A stretch of DNA of 64,000 nucleotides from Iphione sp. A-MEVVRFRX5 (Eukaryota): the NCBI GenBank assembly GCA_976226885.1, contig OZ320318.1, positions 67,766,001 to 67,830,000 on the forward strand. The letters are read 5' to 3'. The notes under the pieces were generated by a model. It searched no databases. It saw only the letters and a program-made list of their open reading frames with translations, and was not told the origin of the DNA. Position 1 is the first letter of the stretch, and each line of letters starts with the position of its first letter. The translations under genes and the position numbers were made by a program. Shown one piece after another: positions 24,719 through 36,490 of this stretch.

Positions 24719-27191
24719 TAATGTGCGAAAGAAAATGCACACTCACAAACAATGGCAGTCGCAGTAAATAGAAGCAAAGGCACTATAGTAAGTCATAAAA
24801 CCAACAAATTGGTACATAAGGCTCTGTATGTCAAGGCAAAGAGAGCTGCATGATAGAAGTCTCCCCCCGCCGCCTATTTGGTAACACTGGTGCAACACTC
24901 CTTTGGTAACAAACTATTCGAGAAAAAAATCATGAGGATGCTTTGTTTTTAGATCGTGGGATAAATATATTGATTGTGATAAGAATGTATGGGTCCGGGC
25001 ACCAAGAATTGTTTGATAGTCCGCACGTTCACATGAAAGCCTTAATTCATGACATTCTAAATATGTTGTAGCGATTCCGGTGTCGTACCAATGTAAAACA
25101 GTGCAAATTCTCTCATGGAATCTTCGCCGCCCATGAATGCAGCTTGTTCACCTCTGACCCTTGTTGAAAGTCCACGTCTCTAGAAAACAGTGCTCATGTA
25201 AGGAGTTGTTACTTGCTTATGTATGCTCATATTCTCATTGTCCCATCTATCAAGGTAAAGTCCAAAGCCAGTTACCATTTGTCTTGATTTTATAAGAATT
25301 TTCTATGATTTTAATTATTTTTTAGATCTATATACAAACACCCTCCCCATCCTTTGGGTTCCCAGGGATCACAGTGGCTCTATGTATGCATGGGTCACCC
25401 GCAGCGCTACCCGATGTTTGTCTCTATTCGGGTTGATTAGTACATCGAGAACAGAAGATTAAAGGAAAGGGTGTTGTCACTGCATTCCATACTTAATGGT
25501 CCTATGGGGCACTGTGGGAATTTTTAAGGTAATCCTTACGTACTGTAGTATGTCATGACAACTGCTGTCAGTAGCGTGAAAGACCAAAGGGTAGTGGTTG
25601 TGAGTAATAGTATATTTTTGCTTTTGAGGCTACTATAATACTGGCACACATACACTAGGTCCCCCTATGTACGGGTGGGTGGGAAGAGAGTATGATCCAC
25701 TCTAGTGGAACATTGGAAGGTTCTTATAAATGCTTCAGCATTGGTTTATCCGTAAAAGAAATGCCTATGGTTGTATTGACCCTGGGTATGAAAATAGCCA
25801 ACCCGGGCTGCACCAAGTATATACCCCGTGGCCTTAGTACATGTGTGGAAAAAAGAGTCAGGATCAAGTCGGAGCCCCTGGCATATATTAGACAGCCATT
25901 TATATATCTGGCACTGGCTTGTAATGATTTGTGGATAGAAATTTAAATATTTCAATTGGACCCCATTTTATAAACATTTAATTTAATCTCATTGTATCTT
26001 TTACCAGGAACTAGATATTCACCTATCATATGACAGGGCTCTTCCATGTCCTCCTGGGGTAGGATACTACCATCATTTATTGAGAATTGAGGGACCATAA
26101 TACCTGGGGTTGTCCCCTACTCTTATTTTGAATAGGTTTCTGGCATCTTTTTGTGCATAGGGGACAGAATCCTATACACCAATGGCCTTTTAATGAGGTG
26201 TGGACCACTCTGGGTTGGGGCTACAGTAAATCTGTTTGGTTGTGATCAAAAGTCCTAAGCCTGGTATTGTAAGGCCTTATAGCATCTATTCTGAATTTTC
26301 AAAGCGCTCAGTCCTGGAGCGAAATGCGAATTGGGACTATTGAGATTTTTTTCACACCTACTTGAAATTTAAATTGTAATATTTTATTTCACTTCTCACG
26401 TGTATACAATACTGAGATCTTTCAGTGAAATGAAGGTGAAAATGGACGGGGTTAAGAAAAAATAGAAAGTAACATAACATATAACATATTTTTCAGACAT
26501 ACTTCCTAACATAAGTATTACTTTCCCCATAATAGTGCCGACCAACAAACAACTGCACCTGATTTTACTATTGTAATACATGTACAATTTTGAAGAACAA
26601 CGTTAATCCTCTTTGTATCCCTGTCCGTCCCTTTCTCACACCCTCCACCTGCCTTTCTATCGCACATCGACGAACAAGGTCAAACCTCTGACATTATATG
26701 TCACTAGTAAAACTGTAGAGTAATTAGTTACAAGTACTTATTATATCACAAGTTATTGTCTCCTTAGCTTGGGGGAAGTCCGGGAACAAAAAAACACGTG
26801 CACTAACAGATATACGTACATATACATGAATATACACAGTTGATATACCAGGATGCTGGAAAGCATCGGCAGGGTTATATCAACAAACTGCATAGACATC
26901 AAACCACAGGGTGACAAATGTTGGAAGTAACCGGGGAAGGATTGCCTTACTGACCCACCATATTGATAGGAGGCGAGACGCCATCAGACCACGACGACCC
27001 CAGTATTCGTCCATAATCATATTTTCCTAATGTATGCGAGTAAGCTACCATTTTTAATATATGAACACGTTTGGTATACTTTCTGCGGCAATATTGTCAT
27101 ATCGGTATAGGCTATATCGGATCTATACAGGAGTCATTTTTGGATTATCATCTGGCATGATTCTACAAGAGGAGCTCTCATTTCAATGCAT

Positions 27192-27273
27192 CTGTGTGTG
27201 TGCGTCTCTGTCTCTGTCTCTGTCTCTCTGTCTCTCTGTCTCTCTGTCTCTCTCTCTCTCTTTCTCGCTCTCT
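27192..27273. repeat. Compound microsatellite (TG)n/(TCTCTG)n/(TC)n
   Basis: Directly visible. Confidence 0.9.
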
Positions 27274-30200
27274 GAAACACTGCCACGGTTGCTGTCATTT
27301 TCACTACGTTGTGTTCAAGCAGACTATTTCTTTCATGTCTACATCTATTTCTGTACAGCCAATACCTTCCTAGTGTACAGTATCTATTATTCTCTCCACT
27401 ATTAACTTGCCTGGCCCCAACTCTCTTCATAGCCTACACAAGAACGATACGTGGAGAGCTTAATAAATGTGTCACAAAAGTAACATTTGAAAAGCTGGAA
27501 GCTGCACTTTGGCCATGACAATTTGGAATAAACGGACTTCCGAATTTGTATTTTATCTTATATGGATACGATGATTTACTTTCACAGTGTTAACATTCAC
27601 ACTGTGTGTACACAAGGAGCATACAAAAAAGTAGGGCACACAAAAGAACGTTATTCTAGAGCCTCTCTTTACACGCATGCGTACTGCGGATGACCACTGC
27701 GATAACTTGCCATGAAAGAACGTACGTCATCTGCATTATGGACGTCAATCTATTACACCGTTGGCTACGTCGGGCCGTCGCCTCGCTCTTTCATTACTGT
27801 CTCCCGCCGTCCGGCGATTCGAGATCTGACTCAGAGGCAGTAACTTTGTGACGCCGTCTATAAGCTTCCCCCTTCATCTGCCCATGTTTAACTTGTCAAA
27901 TTACAGTGGGATCTTCAGTTTACCGACTCCAACAATGGATCCTCTTAGTGCAGCCCGGCCAGACGTGCCTCCGTGAGAGTCCGCGGCTGGGTACCGATAG
28001 GAATCATTGTATATCACTGCGTGTTGGGAGTTTCTGTTCTTACACAGTACATTTGTACTGGTGATATAGTCGACCTACTGCCGGAACGAGTTTCGTGTAG
28101 ATATGGACATAATTTGAGTTCTCTCTTCGGTGAACAAATTATGTCGAATACCTGCGAATGTATAACGTTGTAAAAGTTTCTCGCTGGAAAATGTTAGCCA
28201 CAAATTACTTTGGTAATTTCAGTTTATCATTTATGTCTTGCAACTCCTGGGAGACACCTGCAGCCAAGGATTCTCCTCAATTCATCCACCCACACGCTTC
28301 AGTCCACCAACAAGAAAGAGCTTGGAAAGGCTTGCGGATGGGGGAGTGCTGTGGGGGGCAATAGGTGGGTCCTCGAGTCTGGAACTCCTTTACAGAATGG
28401 GATATGTGTACTTTACAAGTCTAAAGATAATCCCTGATATAATTCCCGCAACTTGCCCTGTAAGTAGGGTTGTTCGGTCCAGATTTTAAGAAAAATGCAA
28501 CGTATGAAAGACCCATATTAGACTTGATTTCATCCTAAATGCTTAACTCATGTATCACACTTTCCCTTCTCATCCCGATGATGTAAATGCTTCTTTTTTC
28601 GTCTGTTTTCTCTGGATTTGAAAATAAAAACGTGTAGGTACATCCAGCTAACCGTTCTCTTGGCATTATAGGTAGATGAAAATGAAAAATGATAAGGATA
28701 AAGAATAAACTTTTACATCCCTTTAACATCATAGGACAACTTTAAACTAATGAGAAAAATAAGAAAGCGCAAGAAAAATTAAAGAAATGTTACAGAGGTA
28801 ACCTTGGCATTGAATATTCACTATGTTCATTGTAGCAGCCGGGATGAAGTTTCCTCTGTAAACAGGAATGTTTCACCAAGAAACTGACTGTCCTGACCAC
28901 TGCTAGTGCAGCACATATACATTGGCTAAAACTCAAAACTACAGCAGCATGCTCATCAGGGTAGTTTACTTGTACCAGCCAGGCCCCCTGGAGTTACCGC
29001 CTTGGTGATGACAGAGTATCAACAACGTCCACGTATATGCACTCAACCGTGCCCTTCAGGCCAACATAGGGGCGAAAGTGAACGGCTGGCCAATGTGATA
29101 GCTAAATGTGCGTGTGTACGTGTGCGTATATACATGTACGTGTGTGCGTTTGCCACTGGAGAAGAGAGAGCTGCTTAATAACAAGGTAAGAGTTGAACCG
29201 AGTGAACTTGGACGTCATGGGTTGACTAAGGGTGTTCTGGGTTTTGTCCGTTGGTTGACAGGACTAACTGTTTTGGAGACACGTACAAGGGTAATCAAGG
29301 CAAGTCCGACCAGGGCAGCATTATAAACGACGGATGGGAATACTTAACCGAGATTACATATTCTTTCCAATGTTCGCCTTGGTTTCAAAAGCGCAATAAG
29401 TTTTTACGTGAATGATAATAAATGTACAAATTACTACATCGGGTAAAACAGAATAAACTACAGGCACACGTACATTTATGTCCTTCTCTTCCTATCTACA
29501 ATGCCAGACGCGTCGCTGTGTACGTTAATTTAGCTGTCTGTGTCTTATACGATTTACGCACATGGGGTTTCAAGTGTGGTTTAGCTATATGTACATGACA
29601 GCCCTCTCGTAAAGATATATACAACAGAGCTGTGAAGGTTAAAGCAAAGGTCTTCAAGGTTCCAGATAAAGGTTAAGTAGCTATAGACGTCCTTTAGACT
29701 GAGATAACTATTTCAGGAAAGCAGACATCGAAGGTGAAAAAGTAACTATAAAACCGGCCATCTTCAACTGGATTTCTTTCGGTTGCCTTCCGCCCTCACC
29801 CCATCCTTCCTCGCCCTCGCCCCCCTTACAGTGGCCCTTCCTTATTTTCCTGGTTTTTATTTCTCGAATCTGGCAGACATCGTACGTCGGCTACTGGTTT
29901 CCGAGTTGCTTTTGTTTTCTGTTGTGTTGCATTGTTTTTGCCAGCACGGCCGGTCGCTGGGTTAGGTACCACACGTGGAAGTCTTTAAGACGACTAGTGA
30001 ACCTGTTCCTCGAGACGATCCACGTGGCATTGACCCGAGTGACTCACGTGCATCCGATACTGCTGATTGTCTTCCTTATATATGGAGAGGCGCAGTGGAA
30101 CTTTGTCTACCGTCCGCCCCCAACTGTCTGGCGCCCAATTGTACACCAGGAGACAAATCTCATATCCCATTATCCGAGACAAAAGACACACAGATACATG

Positions 30201-30857
30201 TATATGTAGTTACATAATTGTAGGAATAGGCCTGTTTTTTTTTTTTTTTACAAAAGTCCGTGTAACACATACATATATAATACATATATAATACAATGTA
30301 ATAAACTGCTGTTGAAGCACCAGAGTACATGTATATGATATGATAATATCATATCGCATAATTGTCGTTGAAGCATTACGAATGAAGAAATAAGGGAAAA
30401 ATAAATATTACTACTGTATATAGAGTAATAACCTCATATTTCACCATACTGTCTTGCAAGAAATTTTATACTTGAGTAGTGTACAGACTATTACTGTGGT
30501 TTTATTCTTTCACTGCACAGCACTAGGTAGACAGGGGATGTGGAAACCAATTGAAAGTACACGGATATTTTTGGGTGGTTTTTAGTCTCCGGTAAGTGGG
30601 CTCTGAGCGACGTAGACAAAACCAATGGTACTTATCCCGGGAAGATACACGAAAAAGGTTGTGGTAACATAAAAAAACTTCCTTGATCGCACCCCGCTGG
30701 CTTTCCCTCCCCCCTGGTCCTGAGTATTTCAACAAACGGAAGTAGAATCCTATATCTCAAGAGCCCCAGCGCGTCGAACTACCTGAAACTTTGTAGCATA
30801 GATTTCAACTTTTCCCATTTTTTTCCTCGAATATGAGAAGTACTTTGAGGTACTTAC

Positions 30858-31515
30858 CTGTCGGGAAAAGCGGTTTGAACGGGACACTGGTAGACTCGTT
30901 GCCATCCACCTCGTTATCATCTGCATTCTGGTTGGGACGCCCTCTAACCACATGGTTTCCACTGGAAGTTGTCCCTCCTGTCGCCGAGGCAGCACCCGCC
31001 GCCGCCGCAGCTCTTTCTTCCTCCTCCCGCTCGCGATCGGCGACAATACGCTCGACGAGCGCGTTGAGCGACTCGACGGTCTTCTGCATCCGGTTAAGCG
31101 AGGTGCGGACATGGTGGATTTCGCGCTGTTGGTGCGTGCTCTGCGCTTTCAGTCGTCGGATGGTGGCCGCCTGATCGCGGTTGGCGCGACGCGCCAGCTC
31201 CAGCTCCTGCGTGTAGTGGTCGACGACGTCTTCCAGGTGTGTGATGGCCACGGTCTGGTTGAGCACACGGAACTTGTGTTCCAGGCGGTGGACCACGCGA
31301 CGTTCGGCTTCGCGCACCCGCCGACCAAGCCGTTCCTCCAGCAGTGTTAGGTTGGCGGCCAGAGCTGCCGCCATCGACGGCGGAAGTTTGGCCTTGCCTG
31401 AGACATCCGTCTCTTGTAGCAGGAGTGTGTCCTGTGCGCGCGTCGGTGCAGTTACCGCTATTACAAGCGTCAATGTTAAGCTAAGAAGTGGGAGCGTTGG
31501 TAGTCTGTGAGCCAT
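30858..31515 (-). CDS. Exon 1 (219 codons + 1 nt) of a secreted coiled-coil protein, probably angiopoietin-like/fibrinogen-related (scabrous-like)
   Basis: aacaaaATGGCT start, hydrophobic signal peptide (LPLLSLTLTLVIAVTAPTRA), long helical heptad region, N-glycosylation sequons (NLT, NQT, NES), low-complexity linker, then PFKPLFPT ending at a perfect CAG|GTAAGT phase-1 donor. The family call rests on this architecture and on the P.(R/T)DC motif that opens fibrinogen C domains. That domain itself is not seen in the window. Confidence 0.85.
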
Positions 31516-31589
31516 TTTGTTTCTCACGTCACGACTGAAGTACGCAAACCTGTCACTTTATCTGGTTCAATGGTGATTCCCACAGGAGC

Positions 31590-31630
31590 AAATTGCGGTG
31601 AACAGAACGTCCCAAGCCGGTTTTTATAGC
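31590..31630 (-). promoter_or_regulatory. TATA-box core promoter of the coiled-coil gene
   Basis: Minus-strand GGCTATAAAAACCGG (TATAAAAA at 31628-31621), about 105 nt upstream of the ATG, predicting a TSS near 31595. Confidence 0.6.
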
Positions 31631-32336
31631 CGTGGCACCACACTGAAGTTTCAAGAATTCTGGCGCGTCACTGGAAAAGCCGCTGTTGTATTCACCGACG
31701 TCAGCCGAAACTTTTGGGAACTTGCGCGAGCTTAGGTGACAAAATATCGGTATTATTGTATCAAATGTGAGTAACAACCACGGGTCTGCTTACTTAATGT
31801 CTCGGTGACTCAGTGATCAGTTAGACTGAAAGCTTCGAACTAGCATTACCGATTTTGGTCTGCTGTTAAATGTTGCGTGCACACGCATGCATCGGAAGTT
31901 TTCCTGTAAGTTCCTCACGGGGCCTCGAACGTTATCCAATACAACACAGTTAAGCAATGTCTTTCGCGGAAAACGTTGACTTTCTGGTTCCAAACGCTGA
32001 ATTTATATACGTTGAGCCGCACGCGCAATCCACTTTCTAATGATCCAGCGGTTAATTTTATGTCATTATCTAAGGGAGGTGTTTTCCCCTAACAAATGAC
32101 TCTCGCCTTCCCAAAACACGTACTTTCCTAGTATTGTAGATGTGTACTGGTGAAGCCGAAACTTTTCGCTCAAAGTTTTAAACTTGGGCAGTGATGGCTA
32201 GGAAAAGATCTTCGGGCGCTACTCTGTACAGTTGCGAGCTGCTCACGCCACAGACTGTTCGTTCACCGAGCAGTTCGGAGGCTCATCTCCGACTGACGGT
32301 GTCCGCTATCGGCCTCCTTGCTCAAGCTTATCATGG

Positions 32337-32403
32337 ATGGCAGTGGCGGTAGCGGCGGCGGCGGTGGCGGTGGTGGTGGCGATGGTGGTGGTGATGGTGG
32401 TTG
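32337..32403. repeat. Imperfect (GGC/GGT)n trinucleotide tract
   Basis: GGCAGTGGCGGTAGCGGCGGCGGCGGTGGCGGTGGTGGTGGCGATGGTGGTGGTGATGGTGGTT. Confidence 0.85.
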
Positions 32404-33595
32404 TGGATGTGAGGGAGTGGCGGGCACCCAGTGTGGTTATCGGTCGTGTTCCGCGGGGTGGGGAAGGTGTGTAGGATGATCCCCGGCGGTGGGCGGTAGG
32501 TGGCTGGAGGCGGACGAGCAGAGGAGGTTGCAGTGGTGGTGGAGGGTCGGGTCAGCAGGCCCGGAGCGGACTGTTGCAAGTGGAGGGGACGGGCGGCCTA
32601 ATATTCGAGTCTCTTAATTAGCGGAGGCAGTGTCTGTAATAATATGGCGGGCCTTACAAAAACAGTACCAACAGCTTCATCAACTGCTCATTGATCAGAT
32701 GTTACGTAGGACAGAGAAGCAGCGTAGTCACCTTCACGCTCTTTAAGATACCGGCACCACTGTCCCAGGTCGAGGGAGCACCCTACCACGAATGATCAAC
32801 GGCCAGACGGACAAAAAGTAAACACGGGAAGCGTGGGCGTTGCGAGTGTCCACGAGGGGAGTACTAGTTTCAAGCAGCAGGGGGCGTAGGGAGCCACCGG
32901 CCTTTGGGCGTCACAAACGAGACGAGCTGTCGGTGTTTATGGGCGTCGGAGAGTCTTTACCCTTCGTGGCTTCCCACTGACCGGCTTGATAAGTACGTGC
33001 CAGCTAGTTTTTGCTCTTTTCCTCTCAGCTGTCGGTCCCTTGATCCCTCGCCCCTCCGCCTAGCAGCCGGCGGTGGGGTCTCAGCGACGACAGAGACTAG
33101 CCACGGGGCCTGCCGTTCTCCAGGCCCTGTGGTTTACAAGGGCTACCTGGGGTATTAGCAGCGGCGAGCGAGCCGCGTGAAACAGGGAGGCGGCCGGAAC
33201 CGGGCGCAGGCGGAGGCGGCGCCGGGCGGTACAGCCGAAGCCCCCGCGGGAGTCACGGGCGACCTGTGGCCAAGAGCCGAACGGGTGCACTTCGCTGGCT
33301 CCGATGGCTTGTGGTGTTTCTGAGACAATCGCCGGTATGGGGGCCGGGGTATCTTTGGCCAAGGAGGGCCTCGCAACCGACCACGCAGTGAAAAAAAGAA
33401 CGCTGAAGGGGCCGTTTAACGACCACAAACACAGCGAACTTGCTTAAATTCAACCTAGATCTCAGCATGCACCTTCCACAGCTTGCTACTGCAGTCCAAG
33501 GTACACCCGTGGCTCTCTCGTGCGCAGTATACCAGGAAAGGAGCATATATGATCTAAGAATACAGCATTCTACTGTCGAACACTGGTATACTCAC

Positions 33596-33725
33596 CGACT
33601 GAGTAACATTCAAGAGAACAACGAGCCAGGCGTGCCTCTGTGATGCAGTCTTGTATGTTGTAACCAGACCCCTGGTTGATACCCACTGCGCAGCGTACGA
33701 CAGGCGCGTGAACAAGCCTGCCACT
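33596..33725 (-). other. Candidate non-coding first exon
   Basis: Initiator-like TCAGT at 33727-33723 and a GTCG|GTGAGTA donor (intron starts 33595), at the edge of the CpG island. Confidence 0.35.
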
Positions 33726-33909
33726 GACTGCGACGGCTGCAGCAGGAGCGGGCGTGCAGCTTGTCTACTTGAGCGTGCCCAAAATGCATGCGTGCGTGCG
33801 TGTGTGAGTGCGTACGCGTCTGGCGACGATGCATGCGTCAGTGTATTTCGCGGGAACCTAAGGGAAAGATTTCTGTTTAACCAGAATGTCTGTCTTTGTT
33901 ATCACTATA

Positions 33910-34086
33910 CAGTTGAATCCTTTTAATACGGACAGAAAAGGTATTGACCCAAAACTGTTCATAAGATGCCATGTACGGAATAGCAGCAGTATTTACACAC
34001 ATATTTACAGATTCTGTGCTGTCTCTGGACCGTCCAGGATGTGATATGTCCTGATTAGAAGGTGTCCGGATTAAGGGATTCCACTA
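33910..34086. mobile_element. pogo/Tigger-type (Tc1/mariner) MITE, 177 bp, TA TSD
   Basis: TA|CAGTTGAATCCTTTTAATACGGACA ... reverse complement TAGTGGAATCCCTTAATCCGGACA|TA. Confidence 0.8.
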
Positions 34087-36289
34087 TAACGGTGTTTTTA
34101 ATAGGATAAGTATGTATGTGTGAAGTGTGTGTTATGGCCCCTTATCACAAACGGTGTTGACTCTGTGTTGGCGACAGTCCAGGTATGAGTGGTACAGTCC
34201 TTGAACATATCTTTTTGACCGTTTGTGCAATGCATCTTTAGATTGCGTACGTTGTTCACGTGGACGGGTGTGCCCTGCACCGTACGTTCATCAGGTGGGG
34301 AGTCAAACCCTGCCGGACTTCGCCGATATGTACAGAGTGTGGCCAGCTGCCCATGCATCTTTCCCTAGAAGAGAAGACCTCAGTCCGAAACCCGATACAA
34401 CACACAGATCCTGATATGGTAAAAGGAGGTCTTAGAGATTGGTCTATGTTGATGTAGATGAAGTCCGAACAGTTCCTTCTTCGGTCTTCCCTGGATATCC
34501 TTTAGTTATGTGTATACATGCGTACATGTACCTATGTGTACTCAGAGCATCCCTCAAGAAAGGTCATAAAACATGTCGTGGGTCTCACACCGAACATAAT
34601 AGAACTATCAAATAATAGAACACAGTGGAGTATAATATTATTTGTTCTTGTGAAAAATCACTATGCAATCTAGTTAATCTGGGGAGTCATAATCGGTTTA
34701 AGGATATAATCGATAAAGGCGAACAATTAGGATTGAAGAACTCAGGTAATTTTCACAAAAGGTTCTGAAAAGTGAAAATTTTGACGTTTGCTTGAAAACC
34801 CCATGCAGGCGGTTTCTCATAATGGATCAACATATACTTGTATCCAACATGATTGCTGGAGCAGTCTATTATGTATTTGATGATAATGGATCCGTCATCC
34901 TTTTTCTTGGAAGTCCTGTAACGTATCTGGACTAGTCCCACTAAGAGTGGGCTTTCCATGTACATGTACACATAATTATATGTATCTACGGCATGCAGGA
35001 AAACAGGGGTAAGAAATATATCAACTACTACCCTTATGTCTGGACAAATCATATACATATTGATCAGTAGCTGACTGATTTTCCTACATATGGATGTGTA
35101 TGTGAGGTATGTGATACACTGATTTCATTCATGAAATGGCCCCGTCATCGCTTTTTCTATTGTTTGGAATGTGTGTATGGGGAAGATCATCAGACATCCT
35201 GGCGCAGGTCTGTCCACACCCATTCATATCAGAATGACCACCAGGAAAAAAAACATTATATTCACGGAAAGCTCGCCTTAGGCCACCTTTTGATGTACAT
35301 GTCTTTTTAACAGCGCCTGGTCCATCTTGCAAAATTCCCATACCCTCACCTAGCCGGCTGTCTGAAGGTATACCTATGTACATGGGCTAAAGGACAAGGC
35401 AGGTAGCTCCTCCTGCTGGAATCAATCGATTACTCCTCAGGGTAATGCATCTGTATCCGAAAATATCGCTGGACGGTGGATTGACATTACACATTTGTAG
35501 CCATCAAACAAGATGAACCGGCCTATGGGAAGCAGCTTGTACATTCCTTTCGAATCTTTTACACAAGTAACATCAACGTATATGAAATGGGTAAATGTGT
35601 GCAAGGTAAGACCAATTAACTCATGGTTATTGTTAAAATGGATAGGTTGTTTGCAATTATATGTTCCCACTGTATATAGTGTGTCCTGATCAAAGCGAAA
35701 GGCTTTGTAAAAGATAACTGTAATCAAAAGAGTTTACTGCATCCCAATATTATACATCTACTTAAAACTTTCGCACCAAATGGATATATCACATTCTACT
35801 CTTGAGCTTTGCAAGCACAGCAAAGTTCATGTTAACTACAAAGACCAAAATTCACGTCGGCCTTGACAGAGGTTGATGCTTAACCCTTCTCAGGACCGAT
35901 GAAATAGTGTTTCTATTTCTTTATCTTCCATGGCTAAGGGTTTTTTCTAGTCAGGTTCTAGGGTGCTGAAGAAAGGAACTTGGCTTCCACTTTATGTACT
36001 GCTTACATAGACTGTAGATGTTTGTACACCTACCCAGTCTAGCCACTATTGACAGAAATGAACATTGCTTTGTACAAAAGGTCAGGCTGACCAAAGCCAG
36101 CACTACATCAACCATAGCATTTGACTGCTGAATTGAAGATAGGGAATACTCGAGTTATATTCTAAAGAGATAGGCAGCCTTCGTAGAAGACTTAAAAAAT
36201 CAAACCTAGAGGCCAATACGAGATGCCCCTTCCAGAGCTATCTGTCTTGGAATCTACTGTGGCTGTACAGATCAGTAACATAAGAACCC

Positions 36290-36490
36290 AGAACAATATT
36301 AAAGTCAGTGAAGCAGGTCCTAATAGTTGCGTTTGGCACACGACTGACCCATTTTATGGCTCTCCTTGAGAGTTACTAAGAACAGGATGTATACAACGTG
36401 GATGAAATTGGCCTTTTCCTCAGAATCCTCCCTGACAGGCCCCGGGCTCTAAAGTGAACAAATGATGCTGGAGGCAACAAGTCAAGGGGA
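36290..36490 (+). pseudogene. Tigger/pogo transposase (DDE_1) fossil
   Basis: LLESY*EQDVYNVDEIGLFLRILPDRPRALK*TNDAGGNKSR aligns with the pogo/Tigger consensus LL..Y...[34 protein letters not shown]. Two in-frame stops. Confidence 0.8.

Larger units (their letters stand above)
32200..33860. promoter_or_regulatory. GC/CpG-rich island upstream of the coiled-coil gene
   Basis: Abrupt rise in GC and CpG relative to flanks. Includes a (GGC/GGT)n tract and a candidate non-coding exon. Confidence 0.6.

Noticed and set aside
30750-31510. Overlapping and antisense ORFs around the coiled-coil exon
   Set aside because: Shadow frames of a GC-rich real exon.
32331-32579. Poly-His, poly-Pro or poly-Gly ORFs
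   Set aside because: Short frames produced by a trinucleotide tract, bounded by nearby stops, with no compatible splice structure.
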